In this document: piece after piece, positions 63,831 through 64,000 of the stretch
How the letters are laid out: each line of letters opens with the position of its first letter
Position numbering within the stretch: the first letter of the stretch is position 1
Assembly: GCA_030390025.1 (NCBI GenBank)
Contig: CM059432.1
Coordinates: 148,988,001 to 149,052,000, forward strand
DNA from: Squalus acanthias
Lineage: Eukaryota
DNA length: 64,000 bases
Reading direction: 5' to 3'
The notes under the pieces: generated by a model
The model's database searches: none
Told to the model about the DNA's origin: nothing
The model's input: only the letters and a program-made list of their open reading frames with translations
Program-made: the position numbers and the translations under genes

Positions 63831-64000
63831 TGGATCCAGCAGCTAGCCGACATCCACGACGTGCGTGGATTCTTTAGCGCAGTCAAGACCACCTACGGCC
63901 CAAGCACCCAAGGTCCTACCCCACGGCGAGCCAAGAATGGAGAGGTACTCATCAAGGGCAGAGAGGCAGTCAGTGCCCGCTGGAAGGAGCACTTCGAAGC
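63826..64000 (+). mobile_element. RTE-clade LINE internal fragment, running off the window
   Basis: ADIHDVRGFFSAVKTTYGP...ARWKEHFE. Confidence 0.75.

Overview
This is vertebrate genomic DNA, almost certainly from a cartilaginous fish (shark-type CR1, L2, SacSINE1/Deu-SINE, Penelope and Harbinger repeats). It holds the promoter/CpG island and the first seven coding exons of GOLGA4 (golgin-245/p230) on the minus strand: 56336-56271, 47142-47041, 39612-39514, 17476-17393, 7870-7550, 1514-1467 and 126-70. All have GT-AG splice sites and phase-0 junctions, and the gene continues past position 1. The introns are filled with nested mobile elements. Most notable observations: (1) Penelope-derived mini-elements carrying minimal hammerhead ribozymes, two in the sense of the GOLGA4 pre-mRNA; (2) a LINE whose 5' end is a tRNA-derived Pol III head, with a SINE made of that head plus a LINE 3' tail; (3) a 6.5-kb Harbinger with a second Harbinger nested inside it, plus several MITEs sharing AAT/ATT target duplications; (4) an inverted duplication (about 18.4-21.1 kb vs 41.5-42.4 kb) that preserves two empty insertion sites, shows a conversion-like identity gradient and brackets one in-frame exon; (5) a CAGGTGAG minisatellite abutting the promoter; (6) an unexplained CpG-rich 244-bp insert. 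All calls come from reading the sequence by eye; no database searches were run.
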